Shown here in pieces: positions 38,774-51,002 of a stretch of 64,000 nucleotides of DNA (the first letter of the stretch is position 1; each line of letters starts with the position of its first letter). The stretch is from Vitrella brassicaformis CCMP3155. Taxonomy: Eukaryota; Protista; Chromerida. The stretch is from NCBI GenBank assembly GCA_001179505.1, contig CDMY01000296.1:1-64000 (forward strand). Reading direction: 5' to 3'. The translations under genes and the position numbers were made by a program. The notes under the pieces are model-generated. The model was not told the origin of the DNA. It searched no databases and saw only the letters and a program-made list of their open reading frames with translations.

Positions 38774-39376
38774 TCACTTCTTCTTTTCATTCTCCTTGCC
38801 ACCCGGCCCCCCCACGCCCACGCCCACGTCCAGCACGGAGCCCACCACACAGCTCCAGTCGCGGATGTCCCAGTGGGTCACCAGATCGTTCCTCACATAG
38901 GGGTCCTGGCTCACAAACCTCTCTATCCGCTCCTTCGACACGTTGCGGAACACCAGCATCGCGCCGTCAGGGGGGTTCGCAAAGGCACCGCCCAGAAGCA
39001 GCTCATCTGACATGAATGACGGACAGGAGTCAGAGCTGTCTGCAGTGGGCAACGTCGTGTGTGGCCTGTACAGGCCTCACTCACACCCCCCCACACACCA
39101 GGTTGGAAGAAGGTCTTGAGGAGCTGCAGGTGTCCGCTTCTGTGGGGCTGCCTCTTTTCCAACACGTCAGCCACATAGCTGTACCTGTCACACCACACAC
39201 GCCACACGCCACAGACAGACAAGGCCAAGGAGATCTGCCGTCGTTGCAATGCACTGCTGCAGTGTTTGCCTCCCTCCTGTGGGATGTGTGTGTCACCTTA
39301 GGACCCTGAAACTGTCCTGTGTGGCGCTTGGCACGCCCGCCACGTTGCCAGATACGCGCATCGTGGACTTCAACAT
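38774..39376 (-). CDS. YciI/YCII-related domain protein
   Basis: Exons give YSYVADVLEKRQPHRSGHL...DELLLGGAFANPPDGAMLVF...FVSQDPYVRNDLVTHWDIRDW, a YciI signature (R..H, DPY). Confidence 0.88.
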
Positions 39377-39568
39377 CTGAACGGTCAGGATCCTCAGACC
39401 TGTCACGTCACGGCAGCATCGGGCACCCTCGGGCAGGGGAACAGACAGGAATTTTGGGCAGATCGTCCCTCGGCTCGCAAAACAGATCACGGGCTTCAGA
39501 GACGTCTTCCTCTCCCCTCGCGGCAAAGGGAACGTCGCGGTGGTCCTTTGATGTCTTCGATTCGCGAG

Positions 39569-40020
39569 ATGGCTTCTTCATGCATTCTCGGCATCTCGCT
39601 GCTTGTCGGCACCGCTCTCCCCTCCCTCCCTGTGGTTGCCACCAGGGAGTGCTCGCCGTCGATGGCTTTTTGTGACTCCTCCCTGGACGAGACCACACGC
39701 GTCAGGGATCTCATTCGCCGCCTGACCAACCCTGAGAAGCTGTTCCAGCTGACGAACCATGGGGCAGGCATCAGGAGGTGAGCAGGGAACGATGGAACGA
39801 TTGAAGCACGATTGATGCCATTAGATGCAGGGAGGGAGGGATAAGGATGGCATGGCATGGCATGCACTGCACGCGATGATGCCTTGGCTTGGCTTGGCTT
39901 GGCTTGTTTGTCAAGACAGGCTGGGTATACCTGCCTTCGAGTACTGGACAGAAGCTCTGCACGGTGAGCACGTCGTCTCTCTCTCTCTACATGGTATTGA
40001 TGGCCATGCGTGTGTATCGA

Positions 40021-40058
<38 letters not shown>

Positions 40059-42441
40059 TGTGTCGGCGGGTTTTGCTCTGTCTGTCAGGGGTGGCCCATT
40101 CCCAGGGTGTCAAGTTCGGTGGCGACTACCCTTTCGCCACATCCTTCCCTCAGGTGATAGACGAGACGGACACTCTCACATCCATCCATCCATCCATCGG
40201 CCGCCCACCCCACCTGTGTGCAGGTGACGACCAGTGCGGCGTCGTTCGACCGCCACATGTGGCGTCGGATCGGCAGCGCCGTGTCGACTGAAGTGCGGGC
40301 CTTCCACAATGCAGGCAGGGCGGGCCTCACTGTCTGGACGCCCAACATCAATGTGGTCCGTGACCCAAGATGGGGCAGGTACAGTACGTGTGGGGGGTGG
40401 GGTGGGGTGGGGTGGTGCAGACGGACGGGCGGGCACAACACGACACACACGTGACGTGTGGCCACTGCAAAGTGTGTGTGTCTGTCTGTCTGTCTGCAGG
40501 TCGCAGGAGACCCCCGGTGAGGACCCCTATGTCGCGTCTGTGTATGCGGTTGAGTACGTGAGGGGCCTGCAGAAGGGCGACGACAGGCGATACGCCAAAG
40601 TGGCAGCCACCTGCAAACACTACACCGGTGAGAGACAGGAGAGAGAGGCAGGGCAGCGGACCTGATGCAGTCAAGTGATTCGATTCCTCCTTCCAACCAG
40701 CCTTGCTGTGCTGTGTGCTGTGTGCTGTGCAGCCTACGACATGGACAGCTGGAATGGCACCGACCGCCACCACTACGACGCCATCGTCCACCCCATCGAC
40801 CTGGCAGAGACCTTCCTGCCGCCCTTCCAGGCCTGTGTGGAGGTCGCCGACGCCCAGTCCATCATGTGCGCCTACAACGCCATCAACGGTACGCCAGCCT
40901 GCGCCAGCCACCTCTTCCAGACGGATGTTCTGCGGGACGCCTGGGGCTTCGACGGCTTCGTCGTGAGCGACTGTGGCGCCATCAATGACGTCTACGGCAA
41001 CCACCACTATGTCAAGAGCCGGGCAGAGGCCACTGCGGTCTCTATAAAGGTGGGGGGATGAGACGGTCAGAGGGAGTGGACCTTTGTGTGTGTGTGTGTG
41101 TTGACGTACCTACAGGCTGGGTGCGACATGTCTTGCGGCAACACGTATGAGCTGGGGGCCGACTTTGCGTTGCTGCGGGGGTTCATGAGAAGGAAGGATC
41201 TGAACCAAGCTCTGGTAGGTTGCGCACACACAAACCCCACCCACCACCCACCACACGCCTGTATGCCATGCCACCTATGGACGTGGATTGGATGCAGGAG
41301 CGCATCTTCCGAGTGCGCATGCGTCTGGGCCTGCTGCAGCCCGACGACACGCAGCCCTACAAAGACATCGGCCGCTCACAAATCGACACGCAAGAGCACA
41401 GAAACCTGGCGCTAGAGGCGGCCTCCAAGGGCATCGTCTTGCTCAAGAACCGCGTATCCACTCTCCCCCTCTCGCTGAAACCCGAGCAGCAGATAGCCGT
41501 GATCGGTCCGGCGGGCGTGGCGAGCACCACGTTGCTGGGCAACTACCAGGGCACACCGCCCTTCATCCTGGGGCCTGCAGGCCAGACAACAGAGACAGAC
41601 AGACAGACAGATGCGGCAGAGCGATGTGTGTATCTGTGTCTATCTGTCTCCCCTCTGCAGAGGGCCTCATGAAGGTGGTGGGCGACGGGCGCGTCAAAGT
41701 GGAGAAGGCCTGCATGGACGGGGTCAAGTGCGAGGACTACTCCGGGAGGGAGCGGGCTGTGGCGATGGTCCAGGAGGGCGGTGTGGGAGCGGTGGTGGTG
41801 GCTGTTGGGCTGGACCTGACGATAGAGAGGGAGGGGATCGACCGGAAAGAGCTTACCCTCCCAGAGAAGGAGGTCAGGATCGCATTCGCACCCTCCCAAC
41901 CAGTGGCTTGTACGGCCCCTCTCTCTCTCTCTCTCTCTGTGCGCGTGTGTGCGTGTGTGCGTGTGTGCGTGTGTGCGTGTGTGTGTGTGTGTGTTCAGGA
42001 GGCGCTGGTGAGTGACATCGGTGCGGAGCTCAAGGCGAGTGGCAAGCCGGGTGTGTTGGTGCTGGCACTGGGCGGGCCGGTGGACGTGTCCAACATACCG
42101 AATGCCGATGCGTATGGGGCTGTCATATGGACTGGATACCCCGGTAGGTGGGTACACATACAATATGACACACTTACAAGTGCTGGGAAGCACATTTGCT
42201 ATGGCGCAAAGATGGATGGATGGATGGATGGGCGGTCATGCAATGCAGGTCAAGCAGGTGGTGAGGCGTTGGCTCTGATCCTCGCTGGTAAGGTGTCGCC
42301 CTCTGGCCGGCTGCCCTTCACCTTCTACCCCGCCAAGTATGTGCGTGAGGTGTCCATGTTCGACATGACCATGCGGCCGTCACCGACCAACCCCGGCAGG
42401 ACATAGTAAGTAAATGCCACCACAGACACGGAGAGACCACG

Positions 42442-42476
<35 letters not shown>

Positions 42477-43190
42477 GTATTTGTCCCTCCCTCCCTCCCT
42501 CCCTGCCTCCCCTTGAATCGTTTCAGCAAGTTCTACAAGGACATCAAATCAGTGGTGGCGCCGTTCGGTTACGGCCTCTCCTACACCACCTTCTCATACC
42601 ACTTCATCGGCGCGGCGACCGGCCTTTCCTCGCACCCCCCATCTGCCAACGCTCTCCAGCCCTCCCTCTCCCTCTCGACGCGCCAGCTCTGCCCCCACTC
42701 GCCATGCAGCCACGGCAGTCTCGTCGACGACGCCCAGACGGGCGTCTGGATGGCCGTCACCGTCACCAACACGGGCGAGGTGGCCAGCGACACATCCGTC
42801 CTGGCATTCCTCAAACCAGGCTCTGCTCAAGGAGAGGGGGTGTCAGCGCCAATCAGCCAGCTGGTGGGCTTCGAGCGCACGGGGGTCATGCAGCCGGGCG
42901 AGAAGAGAACGGTCATGGTGTTCGGGGCCAGGGAGCTGTTTGCGCTTGTGAGGGGCGGTGGGGAGAGGTGGCTGCTGCCGGGCAGTGGTGTGGTGACCAT
43001 TGGGGGCCACGCGTACTCGGGGGTGTCGGAGTGGGATGATAATAAGGATGGGGAGGGAGGCAGCAATGGCGAAGTGGTGGCTCATGTGCCGCTGTCTATC
43101 ACTGGGGATGAGGTCATGGTGTCGAGGGTGCCGTGGGCTTCCGGCCGTCGTGAGCAAGACATCTTCCTTGACACACTCATCTACAGCTAG
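39569..43190 (+). CDS. Secreted glycoside hydrolase family 3 beta-xylosidase/arabinofuranosidase (BXL-like)
   Basis: Signal peptide, [52 protein letters not shown], nucleophile motif VVSDCGA, C-terminal WTGYPGQAGG and an Fn3-like VTNTG...QLVGFER domain. Confidence 0.95.
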
Positions 43191-43501
43191 GCTAGTTGGC
43201 GTTTCCCACTCACTGTGAATGTATGTTGTGTGTATGGTCATATCATATGGTGTGTGGTGTATGTGTGTGTGTGTATCTGTGAAAAATGACTGGCGCTCAT
43301 AGTGTGGGCAGCTAGGGCAGCTAGCGATGGATGCGGCCATTGATTGCTAAGTGTAGGTCACTTTGGAGAGCGATGGATGGATGGATGGATGGATCCGTGC
43401 GGTGGGTAGGGAAGACAATGAACACGAGAACACTCTCTCTGCGACTTTGCCCACACGACTTTTCTTTTCTTTGCAACCCCGAGTAATTTTCGCGTCTCGT
43501 C

Positions 43502-44748
43502 TCATTCAGAAAGCCGCGCACAAGTCACAACATGAAGAAACATAACCGCGATAAGGACCAACATGGCGCATAAGCGTCCATCATTCACACCGCCCGCCCG
43601 TCCCGTGCAGTCAGGCTCATCGGCGAACTGCGCCCCCATGGCTAGGCTTTCGCATTCAGCATCCTGAAACGTATAACGTCATTTAGATCACACACACCCA
43701 TCAGGTGTGGCCCGTGCGGCTGACCTACCCCAACAAGCTCAGCGGGAACGATTTTGCAGGCCTCGAAGTAGTTGGTGCAGGAGGGCCGACATAGGGGCAG
43801 CGACTCGTTGTTGGCACTACACCTGCATGGCCGTGCATGGGAGGAAGCCACTCTGGTCTCGTCTCGTCAGGGGTGTGTCTGTCGTTTGTCTGTGTGGATG
43901 TGATGTGATGTGATGTGTGTAGTGTACCTTGGAAAGTTAAACCAGCACAAGAAGTTCTTATAAGCATTCTGGCAGTCTTCATTCTGTGTCAAGTACATGG
44001 GCGTGTCCTTCTCCTGCACAATCCATCCATTCATCCATCCATCCATCCATCGACCATCCATCCATCCATCCATCCATGGCACATGTGGAGAGATGAGAGG
44101 CATCATTGCAGAAAGCCATCCAGGTATGCGGCGCATGGCTGACCCTGGTGATGTTGGTCTCCTTTTTGATTCTCGCCTCCACTTGCTGCTTGAAGAGGCT
44201 CTCCAACACCTGGTCCTTCCGCGTCGCATCCCAAGAGGGAAAGTACCTCTGCAATGCAATGCCGCAAGGGCATCCGTCCACCCCACCCGCTCCAGAAACC
44301 GTCTGCACGTTGTGTCGTCTGTTACCCACCTGTCTTGGCGGGATGCAAGCCCTGTACCTGACGGCATCTCGGCAGAAGGACAGGCGCTGCCGCACCTCAC
44401 CCTCGTCAGCACACAGGCCAGACTTCTCCCGGCCGATGAAGCACTTGGCCCGTTCATCCACTGGGAGCGAATCAGACGGGAAGCCCAGGTCAATCTCGTC
44501 ATCCTCCTCGGCAGCGAAATGGGCGGAGTCTGTGGATGTGGCGCTTGTCGTGCCGTTGTCTGGTGGGGCGGATGTGGAGCTGGCTGCCGCGTTGCTGCCG
44601 TCGAGAGGCGCATCTGTCACCTGACCAACTGCATGGGAGAAGGAAGAGATCTGGACGCAAAAATGGGCCTCTGTCTTTGCAAATGCAGCCTACCAGAGCT
44701 GGAGATGCGTCCAAGATGGAGCAAGACAGCAAGAACCGATGGCCGCAT
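43502..44748 (-). CDS. Secreted/surface cysteine-rich protein with Frizzled-like CRD and hydrophobic C-terminus (possible GPI anchor)
   Basis: Signal-like [16 protein letters not shown]-like [17 protein letters not shown]|[23 protein letters not shown] gtaggt donor leads to the last exon DAEC...PDCTG...[23 protein letters not shown]. Confidence 0.65.
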
Positions 44749-45058
44749 CTTCAAAAACACGAGCGTTTACGAGACTGGGGGCTGGGGGGCCATTTGCGCG
44801 CTTTGGAAAAACCGCACATTCACAGATGTTCCTCTCAGGAGAGGCGCTTTGGGAGTTGGCTGATCATACGGCTGTCGGCGACACAAGACTCATTGCAACT
44901 ATCTTCCATTTTGCCCTTTGCCTTCTGCTCTCTGCCACCTCTTTGCTGCCATCAGTGACGCCTCAACAGTGACGGCACCTTCTCTCAGTGCATAAGAGTC
45001 CAATTCGCCAGTCTCATCCGACAGAGCTGGTGCGGATAAATCGTCCGCCGCTGCAGCA

Positions 45059-48000
45059 ATGTATTGCGCCTCTCGCATTCGGATCAACGTGACTGCTGTC
45101 ACGCCTATCGGCCCGTCGCAAGACCGAGGCGAAGTCGTGGAGCGCGTCGCCATCAGCATCTCATCCTCCTCGCCCCTCTCAAACCTGCTGACGCTCGTCC
45201 AACAGACACTGAAGAGCGAGGGGATCGAGAATGCGTCCATCACTCGCGTACTCAATGGCGCCCTAGCTGCTATTCCGCTGTCGAGATTCGACGTCGGCAG
45301 GAAGGAGGAGCGGGTGTGTGACTACCTGCGGGACTCGGATGACCTTGTGATTGTACTAGTGATCCAAGGCCATATGGGAGAGGGGGAGGGAGGGGCTGGC
45401 CTCGGCAAAGGGAATGGCGTGGTGATATCTCTCAACCCCTACAGTGTGTCAGCATTGAGCACTGCCAGGGGCGAGCCACACAAGGAGAGCGCCTCGCTGC
45501 TGGCTCAGACGGGATTGATCGTTCCACCGAGCTTCGACGACACGGCCCGCGATGCAAGTGGCACCCAAGCCGATGCAGACCAGGTACGCGTGAATGAATG
45601 CGGCGCAGTGCAGTGTCTGTGGGTCTTGTGGTCTTGCACTCATATCTTTGTGTCGGTCAGACACCTCCTGAAGATGCCCTCACCTCTCACCCTGAGGACG
45701 GCGAGCAGCACCAAGAGACGACCGAGACGAGAGCAGAGGAGGAGCTCACGCCAGCTGCAGTCGAAAGAGACGCTGCCGACGAGCGATCGAGACAGGGAGG
45801 AGCAGGGGAGCCTGAGCCGGGACGCGGGATTGACGATAGAGGTGCAAGGGATGCACAGGACGAAGGAGACAAGGCACTCCCTGGGGGTGAGTGCAGCATA
45901 CGGACGGACAGCAAGTGGCGATATGTAGAGAGTTGTTTGTATCAGCGTTGTCCCGTTCTGGCCGTCAGATGCAGTGCCTTTGATGGGTGAGATCGGTGAC
46001 TTCATGGTCGAGTTTCTCACACCTCGGCTGCAGCACTTCATCACCAAACGCTTCAACGACGCCCTCGTCAACTACACAAGGTAAAACAGGTCAGCCAGTC
46101 GCACCATACACGATCCACCACCGCCTCTCCGATGGTTGGTGCAGGTATGTCCCGATTATCGGCAAACGGGTCGGCTCTCGGTTCCATGGTGTCTGCGGCT
46201 CCTTTACGCCTGTGTTCCTTTGCCCCGTTGAGCCCACCCGGCCGTCGAGTCCCAGACCAGTTCAATACCAATGCGCGAAGGTCGATGTGGCGCTTTTTGA
46301 TCGGTTGGTCCAGTGCCAGCTCTCGATGCTAAGGAGGCAGATGCACTATGTCAAGACGTGCCTCTCGGTAAGTAGAAGAGCCGGTTGGCACGTGCTTTCT
46401 GCCCTGACTGACCATCGCGTCATCATCAGGGTCTGAGGGACCTTGTCCGGCGGGGCATGCCTACGACGGCCTCGACGACACTCGTGCTGCCCATGCGGAC
46501 ACATGAGCTCACAGACGGATATGAGGATGTCGAAGACACTGGTGGTCCGCTGTTTTGCTCAAACCTGGCTGGGACAAGCCCAGTCGTGATTGTCGCTGTG
46601 GCTGGTGAGTCGGCAGATGCGATGGACCGACTTCGGGTATGAAAGATGCGTAGCGTGCGCAATACCAGGCGAATGGAGGTGACGTGTGTGTGCATGGCAT
46701 GTGCTTTTCTATGTGTGTTCATCCATTGATTGGCACAGGGGGCCCTGACCGAGCTCCTCAGAGACGTGCTGGTGACAAAGGCACGCTTCAACATCATCAG
46801 ATACACAGCGGGTGGTGTTCCTCGCGCCTTCGCACCCCAACTTGTGGAGCCCTCACCAGAGGTACACAAACACGGACCTCACCACAAATTGACGTCCGTC
46901 TGTCTGTCGAGGTTGGTGGTTGTGTCTCGATCGCCGTGAATGCAGGTGTTGCATGAGTGTGAGGAGTTTGTGACTACCCTGCCCGCGTGTGACAAGTGCA
47001 GCCTCATGGACGGGATGAAGGCTGCCTTCGAAATGGACGGTCTCGATGCAATCCACGTCATATCGAATGGCCGGCAATTCACACACAACAAACAAAGCCA
47101 AGAAGCCATCCTCAGGGTAACTAACTGCTGGCAAACAGACAGTGTCAGACACACAAGCATCCCCGCCCGTACATGTTGCTTGTCGATCTGTCTGTCTGTC
47201 TGTCCATGCATGTGTTTCAGGAGGCGGCAGCCCTCAATGGGCGTCGCATCCCGATCCACACGATAGCTGTCGACAGCGGCTCATCCGGCACTCACTTGCT
47301 CCAGCACCTCAGCCATCAGTCTGCGGGGAGCTTCATCAGCAGCAGCCTCGGTGACGGCAGTCGGCGGCAGGAAGTGGAGGCTTCAAGAGCCATCATCGCA
47401 ATGGGCGAGGGGTATCGTAAGCACCGCATGGCCATCGGCAGACACATGCGGCAGTGCGAGGTGAGTGAGACACAACCGCGTGTAACTATGAAGTCACCCA
47501 TTATCTATGGCATTGAACAGGTTTTGTTGCGCGACAAGGAGGCAGAAGAGCAGATATGGCTTGAGGAGCAGAAATGCGCAAGAAGGTTAGCTTCGACCAC
47601 ACAAGCCAGGCGTGAGACACGCTTTGAGATGGTATTTGTTCAGGCTCATCCTCGCCTGTGGCCAGCCAGTGCGGCTGCCTGAGGAGGATGCTTTACGGAT
47701 TGTCGAGCGAGTGACTCTGGCGAACAACCAGGGGGGCGTCTGCTTCCTCACTGAGCGACGAAAGCAACAGGTGAGGCGCACATCATGGGCTAGAGTCAAA
47801 ACCCTGCACCCACAAACCCGAAACCCCAAACCCTGCGGAAAGAAGAGAAGAAGGCCTGCGTTGCGAATTCATGCCACCGGTTAAGTTCTGCAATTCTAGA
47901 CACGCCACCTAAAGTCAGGCAAAGCCAGTATTCAGCCACGACAACACTAGTACCAAAAACCAATGTGGACACGCTGGGGATCGAACCCAGGGCCTTCTCG

Positions 48001-48902
48001 ATGCAAACGAGATGTGATACCACTACACCACACGCCCAAGTGACACTTCATCGGGCACACCATCATACGGGATGGGCACGGAGGGGCACACCATGATCTC
48101 ACACCTCCTTTTCCGCCTAAATCCTCCCTCGCATTCATGTGTGTGTGTGTGCGTCCGTGTGTGTGTGTGAGGTCAGGTGCTCGACGCCTTCTTCGAGCGA
48201 AGGCGCCAGAATGGAAAGGCCGGATACATCCACAAGTCGAGTGGTCCCACCGCCGTCGCTGTCACCGTCAAGCCAAGGTGAGCACGGTGCACCGACAGCC
48301 TGCTTTTGCTCATGTTTCTGTCATCAGGCCTCCTCGCCCACCATCGAGTCCCCTTGTTCCATTGCACAGTGAGCGGGCCCATTGGAACAGCAGCACCAAC
48401 CTGAGGCCTCCGTCCGGCCGGAGAATCGTGAGAAGGAAGGCCACCAAGAGCTCGTCGTCTGCCAATCCGTGGACTGACCAGGCGCAGCCCTGTGCAGAGA
48501 TCGGAGGGCAGGACGCAGAGAACTATCGCAAGATGCTGAGGAAGGGCAGGCGGCCGCCAAGGCCGCCGGTGGTGCGCCCACCTCCAAGCCAGCCCAAGAC
48601 AGGTCAGGAGTGGGGCGATGGAGAGGGATCGATAGATGGATGGTTCACATGGCACATCGTTGCTGTCCTGTTTGTTTGCAGTTGAGGAGGTGGGTATCGC
48701 GCCCGGTCCGCCAGAGGAGCCATCCAAGAACCCATGGGACTCACTGGTTTCGGTCCGTCGGCCGTCCCCTGACGCGACGGGCAGAGAAGGCAGCTCTCTG
48801 TTGCCTGAGTTGGCGGAGAGCACGCCCCGTGCGCAAGCCGTGTTCAGCACGCCGTCCTTCACTTTCATGGCGGAAGAGGAGATCGTGGCAGGGGGGCAGT
48901 AA
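45059..48902 (+). CDS. VWA-domain protein (VWA3-like) with low-complexity C-terminus
   Basis: Spliced VWA-like core (VVIVAVAGES..., RFNIIRY, LMDGMKAAF, IHVISNGR, IPIHTIAVD, LLQHLSHQSAGSF). Exons join in frame through 48902. Confidence 0.65.
47955..47959 (-). terminator. RNA polymerase III T5 terminator of tRNA-Ala
   Basis: TTTTT on the minus strand 6 nt downstream of the tRNA 3' end. Confidence 0.75.
47966..48037 (-). tRNA. trnA-UGC: tRNA-Ala (anticodon UGC)
   Basis: GGGCGTGTGGTGTAGTGGTATCACATCTCGTTTGCATCGAGAAGGCCCTGGGTTCGATCCCCAGCGTGTCCA (72 nt): cloverleaf, anticodon stem TCTCG/CGAGA with TGC, GTTCGA T-loop, G3:U70 Ala determinant. Confidence 0.97.
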
Positions 48903-49322
48903 ATCATGAAGACGGTCGAATGCATGGAGGCAGACGCAGACAGACCGACAGACAGACCGACAAGAAGACAGAACCGTGAGTAAGAAGAGTTAGAGCATCA
49001 GACCAAATAGGTCAGAGGACGTGTGTGAGTACATCCGCGGGGCTATGATTCGTGTCTGCATGGCTCAATTTTGCCATCGACTCACTAGGGCAGATACCGG
49101 CGTGCAAGTGAGTCGATCGTTCACCCATAAAGGGATTCCCTCGTCTCGCCGAGCTCGACTGGATCCAGGTCCGCACACATGCGTGTTTGTGTTTGTGCTG
49201 TGTGCTGAACAGTCTCGTCAAGCTTCGTAAGCTACGAAAAACCCTCCACGTGGCTACAGCGAGTCACAGACACATCCACCTCCCTCCCCCCTCATGTCAT
49301 GTGTCTTGTCGCATCTCATTTA

Positions 49323-50670
49323 TTATTCCCCCTCGACGTGCAGACACACCCGCCCTCGCGCGCCGAACACACGCATCATCAGGCCCCACACACCCCCACA
49401 CGCAACAGCACCCTCTTGTCGCTGCTGATCACTCTCCCACCTCACACGAACCACACGTGGATAAAGGGCTCGCAGCAGCACAGGGGGCACACGCTCGCCC
49501 TTCCGTGTGTGAAGCCAGACACAAGTCGCCCTGTCAAACTGCAGAGGAGTGAAGGGACGGTAGAGCTCCAGCCACGCCCATTCGTCCATAGTGTCACCAT
49601 CCGCCATGCAATCTATGTGCAGCGTGCCACAGGCACACCCCGCCAGCCACCGCAGAGCAGATGCAGTGGGTGCGTGCAGAGAGGGGATGACGTGAGAGGC
49701 GACAAACGGCGAGAGGTGCAGGTGCTCAATCGACAAAGCCACTCCACTCACACACGCAGCCGCATCTATCACTCCATCACACGACAGACACCTTGAGGCG
49801 ATGCAGTCCACACAGAGAATCAAGCGACCCAGATCAGCGCCTTTCGCGGCGAGCACGTCAGCCAGTCGTCCGTTGCCCTGACGCAGCCACGACATGGTGG
49901 GGGGGTCCACAGGCACAGTGGACAGAGCACCAACATGCACAGCAGTAAGACAGCTCAGTGAGGGAGCCAAGGTGAGCAGCCTAGTCAGTGCGTAAGGGCA
50001 GGCGTGTCCCGTGACGTGCAGTCGCTCCAGGGCGCTGGAGCTTTCGATCCACCTCGACAGCCACTTGACGTTGTTTGCGTCACATTGGTGCACCTGACCG
50101 ACCAACACGCAGACACACACAGATAATAGGCAGACGCACAAATGTCGTGCGTCCCTCACCGTGAGCTCACGAAGTGCACTCAGCTTCCACTGTCTGATCC
50201 ACGCGAAGGGCAGCATCACAAAGTCGCCCAGCTCCACCTTCACGAGGCACTCAAACTGACAAACCGGGCCCACCAGCATCACCCATTGGCTGCATCCCCG
50301 CCTGTGGGGTCATACTGCCCCATCGCGCACACGAAACCACCCGGATCTCCCTGACACACTTGGCTGACGCTTCAATCACCCTCAGCAGCAGCCGCAGGCT
50401 GCCCTCCCAATGCTCCACGACGATACGCCGCACACCTGAAAGTGTCGTGACCCACCTGTCTTCCTCGGTAAGAGTGATGGCGTCGCCCCAAGCAGCAGCA
50501 GCGGCTCCAACAGGTCCGACGGTGAATGCCAGATGGGCGGAGGGGTGGCGCACGCTCTCGTAGAGGGAGTGGCACACGTTGGCGAGGGGGATGATGTCGA
50601 TTGTGTTGAGGTGGACGAACGTGCGGCCAAGCAGATCCAGGGGGAGATCCGCTGCCGAGGCCTGCATCAA
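49323..50670 (-). CDS. F-box protein with divergent LRR-like C-terminus
   Basis: N-terminal DLPLDLLGRTFVHLNTIDIIPLANVCHSL (F-box pattern), followed by LxxLxL-type segments (LVKVEL, LRELTV, LERLHV). Confidence 0.7.
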
Positions 50671-51002
50671 TCAGCAGCCCTCAGCAGACACCGCAGCCAG
50701 ACAGATCTCCGTTTGCCGCCGCTCGAACGAACGAACGAACGAACGGGGGGGCAAGGTCCCAGTGTGGAGTGTGAAAGAAGACGACGCAAAGCGAGCAGTC
50801 TCACGGAAAGCCCCCGCCGCGCGAAACGCACCCACACGGCCAAGAGAGAATGACTGACAATGACTTCTCACAGTGACGACAACGCGCGTCGTCTGATGTA
50901 TTTCTATGACAAAATTGTCAGTCAGTCCAAGACACACACGCCCATCACACTGAGGCAGCCCAGCCAGCCAAGGGGAGGGAGCAGAGACAAAAGACAAGCC
51001 CC

